Shown: positions 38,141-47,122 of the stretch, piece by piece
How positions within the stretch are numbered: the stretch's first letter is position 1
How the letters are laid out: each line of letters opens with the position of its first letter
DNA from: an uncultured Lachnospiraceae bacterium
Lineage (GTDB): Bacteria; Bacillota; Clostridia; Lachnospirales; Lachnospiraceae
DNA: 64,000 nucleotides
Direction: 5' to 3'
Assembly (NCBI GenBank): GCA_947630125.1
Contig: CANRGO010000002.1
Location: forward strand, 6,829-70,828
Position numbers and translations under genes: made by a program
Notes under the pieces: model-generated
What the model was told of the DNA's origin: nothing
Databases searched by the model: none
What the model saw: only the letters and a program-made list of their open reading frames with translations

Positions 38141-39211
38141 ATGTTAAATATCAGAGTTGAAAAGATTCAAAATCCGAAGCCACTTCCATCACAGGATAAT
38201 CCATTAACATTTGGTACAATATTTAGCGACCATATGTTTATTATGGATTACGAAATAGGGAAAGGTTGGATTGATCCACGTATTGTTCCTTATGGACCAC
38301 TTGAGTTAGACCCTTCTTGTATGGTATTTCATTATGGACAGGAAATGTTTGAAGGTTTAAAGGCATATCGAACAGAAGACAATCGTATTCTCATGTTTAG
38401 ACCAGATAAAAATATCGAACGTGCCAATAAAACCAATGAGAGAATATGCATTCCAACCATTGATGAAGATGATTTTTTACAGGCTTTGAAAGCGATTGTT
38501 AAAATGGATGAAAGTTGGGTACCTGACAAACCAGGAACATCACTTTATATTCGCCCATTTATTATTGCAACCGATCCTTTTCTGGGCGTTCGTCCTTCGA
38601 ATACGTATAAGTTTATTATTATCCTATCTCCTGTTGGAGCGTATTATCCGGAAGGTTTAAATCCAGTTAAAATCTGGATCGAAGATGAGTATGTAAGGGC
38701 TGTTGCTGGTGGGCTTGGAGAAGCTAAGGCAGGTGCTAACTATGTGGCTAGTTTGAAAGCACAGGTTAAAGCTCATGACGAAGGATATTCTCAGGTGCTT
38801 TGGCTGGATGGTGTTGAGAGAAAATATATTGAAGAAGTTGGCGCAATGAATATCTTCTTCAAAATCAATGGTGTTGTAGTGACACCACAATTGAACGGTA
38901 GTATTTTGCCTGGAGTTACCAGAAGAAGTTGTATTGAACTTTGTAAATCCTGGGGAATTACGGTAGAAGAGAGAAAAATATCGGCAGAGGAATTGTTTAC
39001 AGCCGCAGAAGATGGAAGCTTGGAAGAAGTTTGGGGAACAGGTACTGCAGCAGTTATCTCACCAGTTGGTCATTTGAGAAAAGGTGATCAAGTGGTTCAG
39101 ATTGCAGACGGTGGAATCGGAAGCTTAAGTCAAAAACTATACGATACTGTGACAGGAATTCAATTGGGTAAAGTTGAAGCACCTGAAGGATGGATTGAAG
39201 AAGTAATATAA
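38141..39211 (+). CDS. ilvE: Branched-chain amino acid aminotransferase
   Basis: Class-IV aminotransferase blocks (FEGLKAYR, ..GEAKAGANY.., ..GVTRRS.., GTGTAAVI). Confidence 0.9.
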   Translation: MLNIRVEKIQNPKPLPSQDNPLTFGTIFSDHMFIMDYEIGKGWIDPRIVPYGPLELDPSCMVFHYGQEMFEGLKAYRTEDNRILMFRPDKNIERANKTNERICIPTIDEDDFLQALKAIVKMDESWVPDKPGTSLYIRPFIIATDPFLGVRPSNTYKFIIILSPVGAYYPEGLNPVKIWIEDEYVRAVAGGLGEAKAGANYVASLKAQVKAHDEGYSQVLWLDGVERKYIEEVGAMNIFFKINGVVVTPQLNGSILPGVTRRSCIELCKSWGITVEERKISAEELFTAAEDGSLEEVWGTGTAAVISPVGHLRKGDQVVQIADGGIGSLSQKLYDTVTGIQLGKVEAPEGWIEEVI

Positions 39212-39217
39212 AAAAAG

Positions 39218-39258
39218 AAAAGATATATCACGAGACGTGATATATCTTTTTGTTTTTT
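39218..39258. terminator. Bidirectional terminator between convergent ilvE and the ABC-2 permease gene
   Basis: AAGATATATCACG-AGA-CGTGATATATCTT stem, A-run upstream and T-run downstream. Confidence 0.85.
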
Positions 39259-39260
39259 TG

Positions 39261-40091
39261 TTAATCCAAATTCATTTTGTTTTTCATAAGTACAACAGTA
39301 AGAATGTAGTAAAATACTCCAAAGACTGCAGCAATAGCAAATCCACTTAACAAACTGCTGTTCATAATAGCACCGAAAGAGGCGGCATCTTCAATGCTGT
39401 TAATGGCCTTATCGATTGTAAAAGGAAGTGTAATAATCGAACTTATGGTTTGTTGAAGTATGTAGAGTCCAATATAGGAAACGATGGAACCCATAACCTT
39501 ATGTCTGCCAAACATCTGACCAATTGAGATCGCAGCATAAATCATTAAGATTGCTGAAAACGTACCGACAATCACACCGATAATAATCAGAAAGCCATAT
39601 AATCCAAGGTTCATACCTAACTCTTGTTCTAAAATTGGTTGAACTTCACGCCATCCCTTTGCTATTTCAGCAGCTAAATCAACGGTAGGCTCCGCATATG
39701 TAATCAGGCTAAATGCAAGTGAAATTACGCTTAAGATAATGGCAATTGTTGTGATCAAATAAAATGCAACGGTAACAAATAATTTGGAAAGTACTTTTGC
39801 ATGGACGCTAACAGGAAGTGTATGCATTAGATAACCTTCATCACCATATAAGTTCCTGTAAAAACGAACTCCCATAAAAATTAATACAGCAAAAATAATT
39901 ACGATAATGGTTAAATAATATAAAATCAAAGATAGAACACCAAAAATTTGAACCACTTCTAATTGATTTTCTGCAAATAAGGCACGGAAGGAAAACATTC
40001 CGAGCAAGGTTACTAAGAGGAGGAAGCAATTCATAGCTAAAATTATTCGCCAACTGCTTTTCCATTCATACTTTAATAATTTTCTTAACAT
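39261..40091 (-). CDS. ABC-2-type transporter permease
   Basis: Six hydrophobic segments; GGGAGG RBS; start overlaps the ATPase stop (ATGTTAA). Confidence 0.7.
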   Translation of the reverse strand: MLRKLLKYEWKSSWRIILAMNCFLLLVTLLGMFSFRALFAENQLEVVQIFGVLSLILYYLTIIVIIFAVLIFMGVRFYRNLYGDEGYLMHTLPVSVHAKVLSKLFVTVAFYLITTIAIILSVISLAFSLITYAEPTVDLAAEIAKGWREVQPILEQELGMNLGLYGFLIIIGVIVGTFSAILMIYAAISIGQMFGRHKVMGSIVSYIGLYILQQTISSIITLPFTIDKAINSIEDAASFGAIMNSSLLSGFAIAAVFGVFYYILTVVLMKNKMNLD

Positions 40092-40786
40092 GCAAATACC
40101 TCCCGGAAAAATGCGTCAACACTTTTTCCTTTTTCTTCCCGGATATTTTCTACAGTAGAACATAAAACAACCTGTCCATCACGAATAAAAATAACATCAT
40201 CTAGGATATTTTCAATATCAGAGATTAGGTGGGTGGAAAGAAGTATGGTAGCATTTTCGTTGTAATTTGTAATGATGGTTTTTAAAATATAGTCTCTGGC
40301 AGCAGGGTCTACTCCGGCAATAGGCTCATCCAGAATAAATAGGTCTGCATCACGACTCATAACTAATATTAACTGTACTTTTTCTTTGGTGCCTTTTGAT
40401 AAAGTCTTTAACTTTGCATTGCTATCAATGTTTAAAGATTGTAACATTGCATAAGCTCTGTCCTTTGCAAAATCTTCATAAAAATCTGCAAAAAAATCAA
40501 CCAGTTCATAAACCTTCATACTATTTTGTAAATATGTTTTTTCTGGTAAATACGCAATTTTCTTTTTGCTTTCAATTCCAATTTCATGGCCATTGATTAA
40601 AATAGTACCTGCTGTAGGTGTTAGTAAGCCATTCATCATTTTAATAAGTGTTGTCTTTCCGCTTCCATTAGGACCTAAAAGTCCGATAATTTTACCTCTT
40701 GGAATGGATAGGTTCATATTATTTACCGCAAGTTTTCGACCTTCGTAAACTTTTGTAAGGCCAGAAATTTCAACTAAATTATTCAT
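40085..40786 (-). CDS. ABC transporter ATP-binding protein
   Basis: Start trimmed to MNNLVEISGL... Walker A GPNGSGKTT, signature LSKGTKEK, Walker B FILDEP. Confidence 0.9.
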   Translation of the reverse strand: MNNLVEISGLTKVYEGRKLAVNNMNLSIPRGKIIGLLGPNGSGKTTLIKMMNGLLTPTAGTILINGHEIGIESKKKIAYLPEKTYLQNSMKVYELVDFFADFYEDFAKDRAYAMLQSLNIDSNAKLKTLSKGTKEKVQLILVMSRDADLFILDEPIAGVDPAARDYILKTIITNYNENATILLSTHLISDIENILDDVIFIRDGQVVLCSTVENIREEKGKSVDAFFREVFAC

Positions 40787-41156
40787 TCTGTGCCCCCTTT
40801 TCCGCAACTGTCTGTAGTAATGATATGATTTCTTCTTTTTCAAAGCCAAGTTCTTTCATTTTGTCAAAAAAAGCAACAATTTGTTCCGTTGCTAAATCCT
40901 GCTGAATTTCCTTTATCATCCCCAAATCCTCCGTTACTAATCGTCCACTGGTGCGTTGCGTAATAATTAATCCGCTCCGTTCCAGTTCTGTAAATGCTTT
41001 TTGCATTGTATTTGGATTTACACTTGCAACTGCCGCAAGTTCCCTTACACTTGGTAGCTTAACTCCTGGTTTATAAAAACCAGAAACGATTTGCAGTTGT
41101 ATTTTTTCCACGAGTTGCAAATAAATTGGTCTGTCAGATATTAAGTCCCATGCCAT
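40779..41156 (-). CDS. GntR-family (YtrA subfamily) transcriptional regulator
   Basis: 125 aa; winged HTH KLPSVRELAAVASVNPNTMQKAFTELERSGLI; short C-terminus; heads an ABC operon, as in ytrA systems. Confidence 0.85.
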   Translation of the reverse strand: MAWDLISDRPIYLQLVEKIQLQIVSGFYKPGVKLPSVRELAAVASVNPNTMQKAFTELERSGLIITQRTSGRLVTEDLGMIKEIQQDLATEQIVAFFDKMKELGFEKEEIISLLQTVAEKGAQNE

Positions 41157-41187
41157 ATTATTTTTCCTTTCTGTAGTTTACTTAGAA

Positions 41188-41224
41188 ACACATTTGATGT
41201 GTCACTGTACTAATTAATTAATAC
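41188..41224. promoter_or_regulatory. Two palindromes in the divergent control region (candidate YtrA-type operators)
   Basis: ACACAT-TTG-ATGTGT (41188-41202) and GTACTAATT|AATTAATAC (41207-24, one mismatch), 30-70 nt upstream of the GntR start. Confidence 0.35.
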
Positions 41225-41293
41225 AATAATACGAATAATTAAGAATGTCAATAGTTTTTTGAAAATATTATAAGGAAAAAGATACGGGTTATA

Positions 41294-41323
41294 TTGCGTT
41301 ATGTAAAACGAAGATGCTATAAT
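41294..41323 (+). promoter_or_regulatory. Extended -10 promoter candidate for the five-gene operon
   Basis: TTGCGT-N18-TATAAT, with TGc immediately upstream of the -10. Confidence 0.45.
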
Positions 41324-41373
41324 CAAATTGGTTTATTCTGAAAAAATATAGTAAGAACAGTCGGGGGTCAAAG

Positions 41374-42288
41374 TTGAAAGAAGTCATAGAACAATTAATA
41401 AACGACAAATTTTATACAGATAATGGAACCCTTGATTTTTCCTGTTCAAGTATTGAAATCAGTTTGAAAAAAAATGAAATTCCAGAGGAGTTCTTTCAGA
41501 TATTTTACGAGGGAAAGGTTCCATTAAAGGGCGTTATCACAACAAGCGATTTAAGAATTCGACTTCGTAAGAAAGAATTATCAAATGAAAGTAAGGAAGT
41601 TCGATTCTTCTACGATAGTACAGGCTTAGAAGAGGGAGATATTATAAAATCTTCCATTATCCTGATTACCAATATGGGAGAGTATGAGATTCCTGTACTT
41701 GTAACCGTGGAACAAGGGTATTTAAAATCTTCCTTAGGTGATATTAAGAATTTATTTCATTTTGCAAATCTAGCAAAAAGCAATTGGATGGAAGCTGTGC
41801 AATTATTCTACTCCAAAGAATTTCATCGGATCTTTGTTTCCAATGACAAACAACATTATCCAACCTATCTTGGATTAAGTCAGGCAAAAGGAAATCAGAA
41901 GAATGTGAACGAATTTCTCGTTATGATCAATAAAAAACAAAAGATAGAATATTTTGTTGAAAAACAGCAGTATTTATTTGAAAATCCAAGTGGCATTACA
42001 GAAGATACCATTAAGTTAACCAAAAATGGATGGGGATATGTTGATTTACAGGTAGAGGTAGAGGGAGATTTTCTCTTTGTAGATAAAGAATTTATCAGTG
42101 ATCAGGATTTTTTAGGGAATCATTGTTTTATAAATTTTCATGTAGATCAGGAAAAACTTCATATTGGGAAAAACTTCGGTAAGATTATGATTTCAAATAT
42201 TTTTTATACATTTGAAATTCATGTGACAGCTACATGGGAATGGACCGAGCGGGTTCATATGAAAAAGAGAAACAGCTGGAACGAATGA
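41374..42288 (+). CDS. Hypothetical protein, beta-rich (two putative beta-sandwich modules); gene 1 of an uncharacterised operon
   Basis: TTG start 4-5 nt after GGGGGT. Alternating-polarity beta-strand patterns (IILITNMGEYEIPVLVTVEQ; FGKIMISNIFYTFEIHVTA). No motif I can name. Confidence 0.6.
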   Translation: MKEVIEQLINDKFYTDNGTLDFSCSSIEISLKKNEIPEEFFQIFYEGKVPLKGVITTSDLRIRLRKKELSNESKEVRFFYDSTGLEEGDIIKSSIILITNMGEYEIPVLVTVEQGYLKSSLGDIKNLFHFANLAKSNWMEAVQLFYSKEFHRIFVSNDKQHYPTYLGLSQAKGNQKNVNEFLVMINKKQKIEYFVEKQQYLFENPSGITEDTIKLTKNGWGYVDLQVEVEGDFLFVDKEFISDQDFLGNHCFINFHVDQEKLHIGKNFGKIMISNIFYTFEIHVTATWEWTERVHMKKRNSWNE

Positions 42289-44930
42289 ATTTGGAACTTA
42301 TCAAAGCTTTTGTTTTGTTCCGGGGACAGAAAATATCTATGTCAGAATGGTTAAAGCAGACAGGTAAAATCGTAGAGCAGTTTGGAGATTATTATTTTGA
42401 TTTTCCAGGTTTTCGTCTATATCAGGCTCACTATTTAATCGGAGAAGAGCGGGTAAACGAAGCAAAATGGATTTTGGATCATATGGATGCAGAATTGTCC
42501 AAAGGTGAATTCCATCCAGAGTTTATGTGCTATTATCTGTTTTTAACCACACTTTTAAATAAAGAACTGGACTATGTTAACAATGTTACTGCCGAAGTAA
42601 AAAAAATATATGGGAATTATCCAACTTCATGGAGAGTGGCCTGGATTTATTTATACTTAGAAGAAGAATTTGCAAGAAGTGCTTCCAGTAAATGGCTATT
42701 TTTAGAAGAAGTATTTGAGAGAGGGTGTAGTAGTCCTGTTATCTATGTAGAGGCTTTGCAATTATTAAAAACCAATCCTACATTGCTACGTAAACTGGAT
42801 GGATTTGAACTTCAGATTTTGTATTTTGCGGCAAAAAATCAGTTGCTGGATATGGATTTAATTCATCAAATTCATTATCTTATGGGAAGAATAAAAGTAT
42901 TTCATCCTCTGTTATTAAAACTTCTGGAAGCATGCTATGAAATAAAACCTGAACAGGAAACGTTAACGGGCATTTGTTCGCTTTTAATATCTGGAAACAA
43001 AATAGGCACACAATATTTTCCTTGGTATGAACGAGCTGTTATGATGAATTTGCGAATTACAAAGTTATATGAATACTACATAAACTCCATCGATTTGAAT
43101 TTTCATGGAGAGTTGCCTCGAATGGTAGTTTTGTACTTTGCTTATCAAAGTGATTTAAGTTATGAAGTGAAAGCCTTTTTATATTCCAACATTTTAATGT
43201 ATGAAGATAAATATCAGGATATCTCTCTTCATTATCAGATGGAAATGGAAAAATTTGTTTTGGAACAAATACAACTGGGGCACATTAATGAAAAACTTGC
43301 TTATTTATATAAGCAATTAATCACACCTGCCATGCTAAATAAAGAAGTTGCAAATAAACTAACCAATTTATTGTTTGTTCATAAGATTCAGGTGTTTCAA
43401 TCAGATATCAGGCGAGTGGTTATTTTGCATTCAAAAACAGAACAGGAACTTAGTTATCCTGTGATTCATCAGATGGCATATGTCCCAATCTATAGCAGTG
43501 ATTATAGTATTTTTCTGGAAGATGCAAAGCAAAACCGTTATGGACAAACCTTGGATTTTCAAGTTGAAAAGTTAATTGGTCAAAGCAAACTTTTTACAAT
43601 GGTACATTCTTTTGTTCAGGATCAGTTGGGATACGATTTGTACTTATGTGAAGGAGCCAGAACCGGCATTTCCATTACAAGAGAAAATTGTGAACGGTTT
43701 TTAAGAATCTTAAAATCCTCAAAAATAACAAATGAGTATAAAAAAGAAATTCGTTTGCGTCTTGTTCAATTTTATTATGAGAATGATATGATTCAGGAAC
43801 TGGATGAGTATTTGCTTTCGATTGAAACAAAAAAGTTGGATAGTCGGGAGCGCGGTGAGTTACTCCAGTATCTGGTAAACAGAGGAATGCATGAAGTGGC
43901 TTTTAAGTGGATACGTGAGTATGGCTTGGAGGGTGTGCAGGTAAAAAGTCTGCTACGATTATGCGGAAGACTTCTTTCCAGAGACAGCTTAAGTTTTGAC
44001 CAGGATTTGGTTCTTATTTGTTACAATGCTTTTAAAGGCGGAAAATATGATGAATATATTTTGACGTATTTATGCCAATATTATGAGGGTTTAACAAAAG
44101 AATTAAGGGATATCTGGAAGGCTGCGAAGGACTTTGGAATAAATCTGCATACGATTAGTGAGCGAATAGTCGTGCAAATGCTTTTTAGCGGAGCATATGT
44201 AGGAGAAAAAGCTTCCATCTTTGAAAGCTATAAAAAGACAGGTTCGTCACCTAAGATTACGCTTGCCTATCTGTGTCAAAATGCCTATGAATATTTTATT
44301 TTAGATCGAATGGTGGACGATTCTATTTTTCTGGATATGGAATATTTATTTCAGAGAGAGGACACCTTAAATCTGATTTGTAAATTGGCATATTTGAAAT
44401 TTTTTGCTGAAAATAAGAAGCTTAGAACTGGAAATACCATTTCCATCAGTGCGGAGTTTGTTCGTGACATTCTAAAACAACACATGGTCTTTCCGTTTCT
44501 AAAGGAATATATGGATGCTGTAAATGAACTAAGCTTCCTTGCGGATAAAACCATAATTGAGTATAAAACAAAGCCAGAAAGCAAGGTTGTTATTCATTAT
44601 GTGTTGGAAAAAGAAGAAGGACCACATGAGTATCTCAAAGAAGAAATGCAAAATATGTATGGTGGAATATATGTTAAATCATTTGTGCTTTTCTTCGGGG
44701 AGTCTTTACAGTACTATATAACAGAAGAGTGTGAGAGAAAAGAGCAACTTACTGAAAGTGGAACGATTAGTAAAAGTGATCTTGGTTTTTCAACGAAGGA
44801 AAGTCGTTTTAATCTGTTAAATGATTTAGTGATTTCAAAAACCTTACAGGATTATGAAACGTTTGATAAAATTCTGGAAGAGTTTTTACGGAATGATTTT
44901 TTAGTACAAAAGCTATTCAAAATAGTATAA
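42285..44930 (+). CDS. Hypothetical 881-aa alpha-helical repeat (TPR/HEAT-like) protein; gene 2
   Basis: The ATG at 42285 overlaps the upstream TGA (ATGA coupling); the ORF-track ATG at 42234 lacks an RBS. Helical-repeat composition throughout. Confidence 0.65.
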   Translation: MNLELIKAFVLFRGQKISMSEWLKQTGKIVEQFGDYYFDFPGFRLYQAHYLIGEERVNEAKWILDHMDAELSKGEFHPEFMCYYLFLTTLLNKELDYVNNVTAEVKKIYGNYPTSWRVAWIYLYLEEEFARSASSKWLFLEEVFERGCSSPVIYVEALQLLKTNPTLLRKLDGFELQILYFAAKNQLLDMDLIHQIHYLMGRIKVFHPLLLKLLEACYEIKPEQETLTGICSLLISGNKIGTQYFPWYERAVMMNLRITKLYEYYINSIDLNFHGELPRMVVLYFAYQSDLSYEVKAFLYSNILMYEDKYQDISLHYQMEMEKFVLEQIQLGHINEKLAYLYKQLITPAMLNKEVANKLTNLLFVHKIQVFQSDIRRVVILHSKTEQELSYPVIHQMAYVPIYSSDYSIFLEDAKQNRYGQTLDFQVEKLIGQSKLFTMVHSFVQDQLGYDLYLCEGARTGISITRENCERFLRILKSSKITNEYKKEIRLRLVQFYYENDMIQELDEYLLSIETKKLDSRERGELLQYLVNRGMHEVAFKWIREYGLEGVQVKSLLRLCGRLLSRDSLSFDQDLVLICYNAFKGGKYDEYILTYLCQYYEGLTKELRDIWKAAKDFGINLHTISERIVVQMLFSGAYVGEKASIFESYKKTGSSPKITLAYLCQNAYEYFILDRMVDDSIFLDMEYLFQREDTLNLICKLAYLKFFAENKKLRTGNTISISAEFVRDILKQHMVFPFLKEYMDAVNELSFLADKTIIEYKTKPESKVVIHYVLEKEEGPHEYLKEEMQNMYGGIYVKSFVLFFGESLQYYITEECERKEQLTESGTISKSDLGFSTKESRFNLLNDLVISKTLQDYETFDKILEEFLRNDFLVQKLFKIV

Positions 44931-44949
44931 ACATAAAACCAGAGGATGA

Positions 44950-46269
44950 ATGATGTTAATTGATAAAAGTGTGCTTGGGAAAAAGAATGCTGATAAATAT
45001 TTTGTAGGCTATGATTTGGGGAATTTGATTTCTCAGATTAGTTATTGTAGTATCGCAGAGAAAGAACCAGAGACTGTTGCGGTAGTTGCAGGTAGCCAAC
45101 AGTTTAATATTCCTACCGTTTTATCAAAAAGACAGGAAGTCAATCAATGGTACTTTGGTAAAGAAGCGGTTAAATATCACCAGGAAAAGAGTTGTGTATA
45201 CCTGGATGGATTGTTAGAAAAAGCAAGGAAGAAAGAATCTATCTTGGTAGAAGATACAGAGTATCATCCAGTTGCATTGCTGGCATTGTTTATGAAGCGA
45301 AGTCTTTCTCTTTTATCCCTGTTAATTCCGCTGGATAAAGTGGAAGCCATGATGATTACAGTAGATGATTTGGATTATGAAATGATAGAAGTACTAACAG
45401 AAGTGGTTTTGCAAATGAATTTAAAGACTAAGCAGATTTATTTTCAAAGTCACATGGAAAGTTTTTTTCATTATGTGATTCGCCAACCGAAAGAGCTTTG
45501 GAATCATCAGGTCGTTGCCTTTGATTTTACATCAGATTATTTAAAAAGTTATCGGCTTGAAATGAATCGACACACGACACCTATGGTAGCATTCATCGAA
45601 AAGCAGCATATACATCAAATTAACCGAGTAATTGAAGAACAGCCAGGTGAGGATTTTGGAATTAAAGATAAGGGACTGGCAGATGACTTGTTTTATAAAA
45701 TTTGTGAAGAGACAGTATCGGGACGTATCGTAACTACAGTGTATCTTGTGGGAGAGGGTTTTCAAGGAGAATTTACAAAAAAATCACTTCCCTTTCTTTG
45801 CAATACCAGAAGAGTATTTGGGGGCAATAATTTATATAGTAAGGGTGCCTGCTTTGCCTTATGGGATAAACTGGAACTGTCAGAGTCTTCCAGAGCATAT
45901 ATTTTTCTTGGAGAGGATAAATTAAAGGCAAACCTTGGAATCAACCTTTGGAAAAGAAGAGAAATTATCTATCTTCCGCTTTTGGATGCTGGGGTAAATT
46001 GGTATGATGCAAAAAGCGAAGTAGATGTAACACTGCATCAGGGAAATACAATTTGCCTTCTCGCAACTCCTTTAAATGGAAAAAATAAACGGGAATATAT
46101 TATGACATTGGATGGTTTGCCTGAAAGACCAGAGAAAACAACCCGACTTAGAATTATACTGGATATGAAAAGTGAGCAGATTGCGCATATAACAGTTTTG
46201 GATTTAGGGTTTGGAAGTGTTTTTCAAAGCAGTAATTTGAAATGGGAAGAAGAATTTGCGATTATTTAA
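44950..46269 (+). CDS. Hypothetical protein with degenerate actin/Hsp70 (ASKHA)-like motif order; gene 3
   Basis: FVGYDLGNLISQ (res ~18-29), NIPTVLS..YFGKEA (~53-73), VVAFDFTSDYL (~188-198) and VYLVGEGFQG (~264-273) mirror the DLGTT / PSVV..G.eA / DLGGGT / LVGG order of Hsp70/MreB. Confidence 0.6.
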   Translation: MMLIDKSVLGKKNADKYFVGYDLGNLISQISYCSIAEKEPETVAVVAGSQQFNIPTVLSKRQEVNQWYFGKEAVKYHQEKSCVYLDGLLEKARKKESILVEDTEYHPVALLALFMKRSLSLLSLLIPLDKVEAMMITVDDLDYEMIEVLTEVVLQMNLKTKQIYFQSHMESFFHYVIRQPKELWNHQVVAFDFTSDYLKSYRLEMNRHTTPMVAFIEKQHIHQINRVIEEQPGEDFGIKDKGLADDLFYKICEETVSGRIVTTVYLVGEGFQGEFTKKSLPFLCNTRRVFGGNNLYSKGACFALWDKLELSESSRAYIFLGEDKLKANLGINLWKRREIIYLPLLDAGVNWYDAKSEVDVTLHQGNTICLLATPLNGKNKREYIMTLDGLPERPEKTTRLRIILDMKSEQIAHITVLDLGFGSVFQSSNLKWEEEFAII

Positions 46270-46287
46270 ACAAGAAAGGACACTACC

Positions 46288-47121
46288 GTGAGCAATCTAA
46301 GTCTATGTGTTGGAAAATATGCAAAAACTCCATATCTTTTGGAAAGAACCAACACAACGGTTTCTTCCATTGAAGAGTTATGTTATGTTATGAAAGAAAA
46401 TTTATTCTTGCTGGATAGTCGTAATATGAATCGAAAACTGGCGGATTTTATTGACCTGGAATTAGGGCTTTGGGATCTTAGTAAGAATTTATATGGTTTG
46501 CTAAATGGAAACTCAAGTGTGAGTGCTTATGTTACTACAATATTAGAATATGTAGGTTATTTAGAACCGGCACAAATCAAAGAAATAGAAAGTTTATTAA
46601 AGGAAAACGCAAATCTGAACGAATTTGAGAAGAGAAAAGTTCGAGCTGATTATGAAATGAAAAACCAAAGATATATGACTGCAGTACGAGAATATCTTGA
46701 AATTTTAAATCTGATTGATGAAAGTGATTATGTGCTGCAATCAAAAATGCTTCATAATCTTGGGGTTGCCTATGCCTGTATGTTTTTATTTGAGGAAGCA
46801 GGGGAGTATTTTCATCTTTCCTATCAAAAGCATCGCCAGGAAGAATCCTTGATCCAATATCTTGCCTGTATCAGGATGTTTAAATCGGAAGAAGAATATA
46901 TTTCATTTTTAAGTGAAAAACCGGAATACTTTGAGAGTTCCTTAAGACTTGAAAAAGACATGGCAGCAGTTATGACTCAATGGAAGGCAACCAAAAGTAA
47001 GTACTTATTGGAAGAACTTTTGGAACTGAAGGAACATGGAAATGTGTCCGCTTATTATCAGAAGGCAGAAGAAACGCTGGCTCATTTAAAAGAAATGTAC
47101 AGAGAGAGTGTGGTGGTATAG
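46288..47121 (+). CDS. Hypothetical helical (TPR-like) protein; gene 4
   Basis: GTG start after AAAGGA. The central YMTAVREYLEILNL...LHNLGVAYACMFLFEEAGEYFHLSY looks like TPR pairs. Confidence 0.55.
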   Translation: MSNLSLCVGKYAKTPYLLERTNTTVSSIEELCYVMKENLFLLDSRNMNRKLADFIDLELGLWDLSKNLYGLLNGNSSVSAYVTTILEYVGYLEPAQIKEIESLLKENANLNEFEKRKVRADYEMKNQRYMTAVREYLEILNLIDESDYVLQSKMLHNLGVAYACMFLFEEAGEYFHLSYQKHRQEESLIQYLACIRMFKSEEEYISFLSEKPEYFESSLRLEKDMAAVMTQWKATKSKYLLEELLELKEHGNVSAYYQKAEETLAHLKEMYRESVVV

Positions 47122-47122
47122 C

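Noticed and set aside
42216-42288. Possible frameshift fusing the 304-aa and 898-aa ORFs (the second frame is open from 42216 and there is an A5 run at ~42262)
   Set aside because: The ATG at 42285 overlaps the upstream TGA in a classic ATGA coupling arrangement, and the first ORF ends cleanly. Two separate coupled genes is the simpler reading. A fusion or sequencing error cannot be excluded without homologues.
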